DNA of 57,488 bases, filler included, from Platydemus manokwari (taxonomy: Eukaryota): NCBI GenBank assembly GCA_037951405.1. It is 4 parts of 4 records of this genome, joined end to end, with 100 filler letters (N's around TTAATTAATTAA, not from the genome) between each part and the next. Parts side by side here need not be neighbours in the genome. Positions count along the whole stretch, not along the records: positions 48,552 to 57,488 come from JBBMOY011325873.1; 3 more parts are not named here. The stretch is one strand, 5' to 3'. Position 1 is the first letter of the stretch. The number at the start of each line of letters is the position of its first letter. The translations under genes and the position numbers were made by a program. Below are positions 54,101 to 57,488 of this stretch, one piece after another. The notes beneath the pieces are model-generated. The model had not been told where the DNA came from. It saw nothing but the letters and a program-made list of their open reading frames with translations, and did no database searches.

Positions 54101-56714
54101 AAATTTAAACAATAAAAAATTCCATAATCCGTTGTCAAATAATGATAAATGAAAATCAATTTAACCTACTCGAACCCATTTGCACTCCACTAAACGAATA
54201 CCAAAAAACTATGTGACTAAGGAAATGAATCGTGATTTGTAAACTGGTCTCGACCACAACATAATATAAATACCAGCCTTATAATCCCACGCGAATTTAA
54301 ATCTTAACATGTTTCTATTTCAATATTGGATTGATATATCAATAAAAATTAAACACACACACATAGAACACATTCACTTGCCATTTACTCACATGCAAAC
54401 ACGACTCCGATTGAACGGGCTTATGCAAGAAGAAATTACAATCAATATGTATAATGACATAGCTTACTTTTACACAATTTGTTTTAATATTTGTTATGAC
54501 CGCCAAAATTCAACATTTCGAATTTGAGTTTTTCACAAAGGAATCCCACATTTCTAGAAAATAAATTAATATTTCAAATTAATTGCAAGAGTTTATTGTT
54601 ATCTGGAACAGCAGCAAGTGTCTTGGTATGTATTGATTTGATTAGTCATTTTAAAGTAGCTCAATTTTTCAGATAATATTGATTTTTAAATTTATGTATT
54701 GCACCTAGTCTGTTTTCTTGGCTATTGGGAATGAAATGAGAAAATGTGCTTAAATGGTTGTTTCCGAAATTGATCGGAATAAGTTGATGGGTTATTGACA
54801 TCAATATTTAATCCTGTGTACCAAATATTTAGCCAGAATTTTGTCGATATACATGGGATTTTTGGGTGGAAAATAGTTGATTTCAAATGATTTTATATTT
54901 GAGATTGTTAGAAACGGGTTAAAAATAAATAAAAGAATAGCAACGGTGACTTATTATCAACGATACATAGATTAACTGAGTTAATGATGCTAATAATTGA
55001 TAGTGACCGTGATAGTATTCTACATCGTCTGATAACACAATACAGGTTGGGCGTAGTTTAAGTAGTTTGTCTCTAAGTTCACATGGATAACGATGAAGTC
55101 AAGATGATTCTTTATTAATTTTAATCAATGATAAAACATAACGTGAAACAAAAATATGATGTGGGATTTTTCAAATTGAACTACAGACACTGCTGGACAA
55201 ACAATACTAACCACTAGTGAAAGAGAAATCTGTAGAAGAGAAGTGGTAAATCTGGATCAATTTTAAATTTCTTGTCAACTTGACGGTTTTTCTTAGTGCG
55301 GTTTCTTGGCTAAAAAATCACAAAGATAAAAAATGTGATTGACTACAAATCAAAATATATATTTCCGTAAAACTTAATTGAAATACCAAGTATTACTTCA
55401 TTAAAATCACAAAATGTCGTGTAAAATATGGCCAATTAAGTAATCGATAAAATTAAAGACAGTTTCCGATCAAAAAGATTGGATTATTCTAGATAGTCGA
55501 CTTTATAAATCACTTTGAGTTAGTTTTCATGCTTAAAATTTCCCGTTATCTCTTATGCAATTGGCGTGCTTTGATGTTTGTAATTTTTTGTGCGTATGCA
55601 CTGAAAAGAAAACCGAAATTCAATCAAGTGCTATTATTTTGAATGACTGCCATCGGCTATTGGAGTGATGTGCTATTTGACGGCGCGTATTGCATAGAAG
55701 GCCTCATTCCAATGGTTTGATCATGATTTTTGAGTAATTTCTCTCACAATTCACGGAATCTATGTTCAAATTGTAATTTTTCCTGTATTTTCATTGGTTT
55801 GTGATACAGTGCTTTATATCGTTTCTATTCTTGGGATGTTACTGTAATAGCAATTAGTTTGATTATCATAGCAACTAATTCGACTATCGGTATATTATAT
55901 AGTCTAAATATTTTTGTAATTAATTTAGTGTATCATTAAGATATCAGTGCATTAATTTATTTCTTAAATAACAGCTTTTATTCATGAATATACACTATAT
56001 TCACTCGCAGCCATTTTACAACTATATAATCATTCGCACAACATTTTCATACAATTTGTTATTCATATCTACTAAGAATAAATGTAGAAATTATAAGGAA
56101 TTACAATATTACAATTTATTTTACTGGTTCCTATGGGGCTTCAACAACGGGTATAAAGACTTCGTATTGGTGAACTGATTACTAGCACGATCTTAAGGTT
56201 TGATATAATTAATTTATTCCACCTTGGTAATGACGAGAATTGGTTGAGAATGGTGCAATGTTAAATTAGCTAGTCAATTACCTCAACTCAATTAAATATT
56301 ATATAATAAAATTATTTACGTTACGATGTAAATCGATTACCCCAACCCAATCAAATCCTATTCGATGTTATTATATTAAACTCAATTCCAAAAGACAATT
56401 GTGGTATAATAAATATATATTTAGAAAAACAAAATTAACGCAGTGGAAATGTTAAACACAAAGATAATGAGTGAATAGCCAGCGCGTTGCCTCAGCACGT
56501 AACCAGTATAGTCCGAAGCGGGCGGAGAAATGATCCGTTAAGTGGAAGAAAAATTTTGACAGATCACTATAAATACAATTGGTTATAATGATCATACAGT
56601 AATATTATTATAAAATGTTATTATTACGGAATGATGCCGTTAAAACTTTATTACAATGGCCGGTGATATTTAAGATTAATTTGATGTGATGAAACATGAA
56701 CTATTAATGAAAAA

Positions 56715-57003
56715 TACCTTACACCGCTCTTGTTGAAAAATAATATGAGAATTTCTTCTTTCGTAAGTCGATGTTGAAAAATATCCTCCTTTTTTGACGA
56801 GTTTTCATACGTGAATATTTGTAATATAGATTCAAATTTTTCAATGAAAATCCGATGTACTTCTGCTGGTCACTGTAATGTTGAATGGACAGTTCTGATT
56901 TCAATTCGGTGTTTATATCTCGCTTTGCCGTCCCCCGCACTTCTATTTTTGGCAACATCATCGCCATCGGGGTAATTTGCATTTTGGTGTATTTTACTGA
57001 CAT
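56715..57003 (-). mobile_element. Possible decayed 3' end of a CR1-like LINE ORF2
   Basis: The ORF ends KTRQKRRIF...KFSYYFSTRAV, resembling the CR1-type TR.....FFSNRVV terminus. Weak evidence. Confidence 0.3.
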
Positions 57004-57417
57004 TCCGATGTATTTTGACGACTTCGTTTAATTATCTATTTTTATTATAAATATGTAATGCGCTTTTATTGATATATTTTATCATTTATTTTTGATATAT
57101 TTTATAATTTATTTATTGTGACTTATTACGGATATATTTTACTATTTATTCCCTTATAATTATTTATAAATTATTATGTCTATTTTTCATTATTGCTTTA
57201 TTGTGTTCTTTTTCTGTCGCATTTTTCTTATTATTTTATTTTATTAAAATCTGCCAAACTTTTTCACTTTCTTTCCTCCGCTCTTTAACATTTTACATTT
57301 ATAAAAACTATTCACTGTTTTTAAATAAAAATGTCAAGAACAAATATATAATTTTTGATGTAATAAAGTTTGATGATAAAGATTATCAACTATCACTACA
57401 CACGGATAATGTCAATA

Positions 57418-57488
57418 TACCAGGTTGAGTCAAAAGTTATTCATGTTTTTATGCAGGTATTTTATTAACACAAATTGTTATAACGCTG
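57418..57488 (+). mobile_element. Tc1/mariner-like transposon end (copy 2), continuing past the window
   Basis: About 70 bp of near-identity to the reverse complement of 48608-48680, starting at TA-CCAGGTTG. Confidence 0.55.

Overview
AT-rich, intron-containing eukaryotic DNA from a draft scaffold of an invertebrate animal. It has four N gaps, three of which carry an artificial TTAATTAATTAA spacer. Host genes: (1) a spliceable 11-exon, ~850-aa NSD/MES-4-family gene (- strand, 8071-4081) whose SET domain has lost essentially all catalytic and SAM-binding motifs, so it is a probable pseudo-methyltransferase; (2) two cbEGF exons of a fibulin-like gene (+); (3) three exons of a vesicular glutamate transporter (-), with a 1-nt frameshift and no recognisable TM8-11 exons; (4) five exons of a Phactr-like RPEL gene (-). 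The rest is mostly transposon debris. The main element is a ~9-kb decayed Ty3/gypsy element that unusually carries a chuvirus/gB-type glycoprotein fragment between gag and protease, plus an unknown 3' ORF. Also present are older gypsy remnants and LTRs, a Utopia/NeSL-like RLE retrotransposon fragment, LINE remnants, a TTAA-flanked piggyBac MITE, mariner-like ends and a 30-bp minisatellite. All homology calls come from motif recognition by eye, not from database searches.
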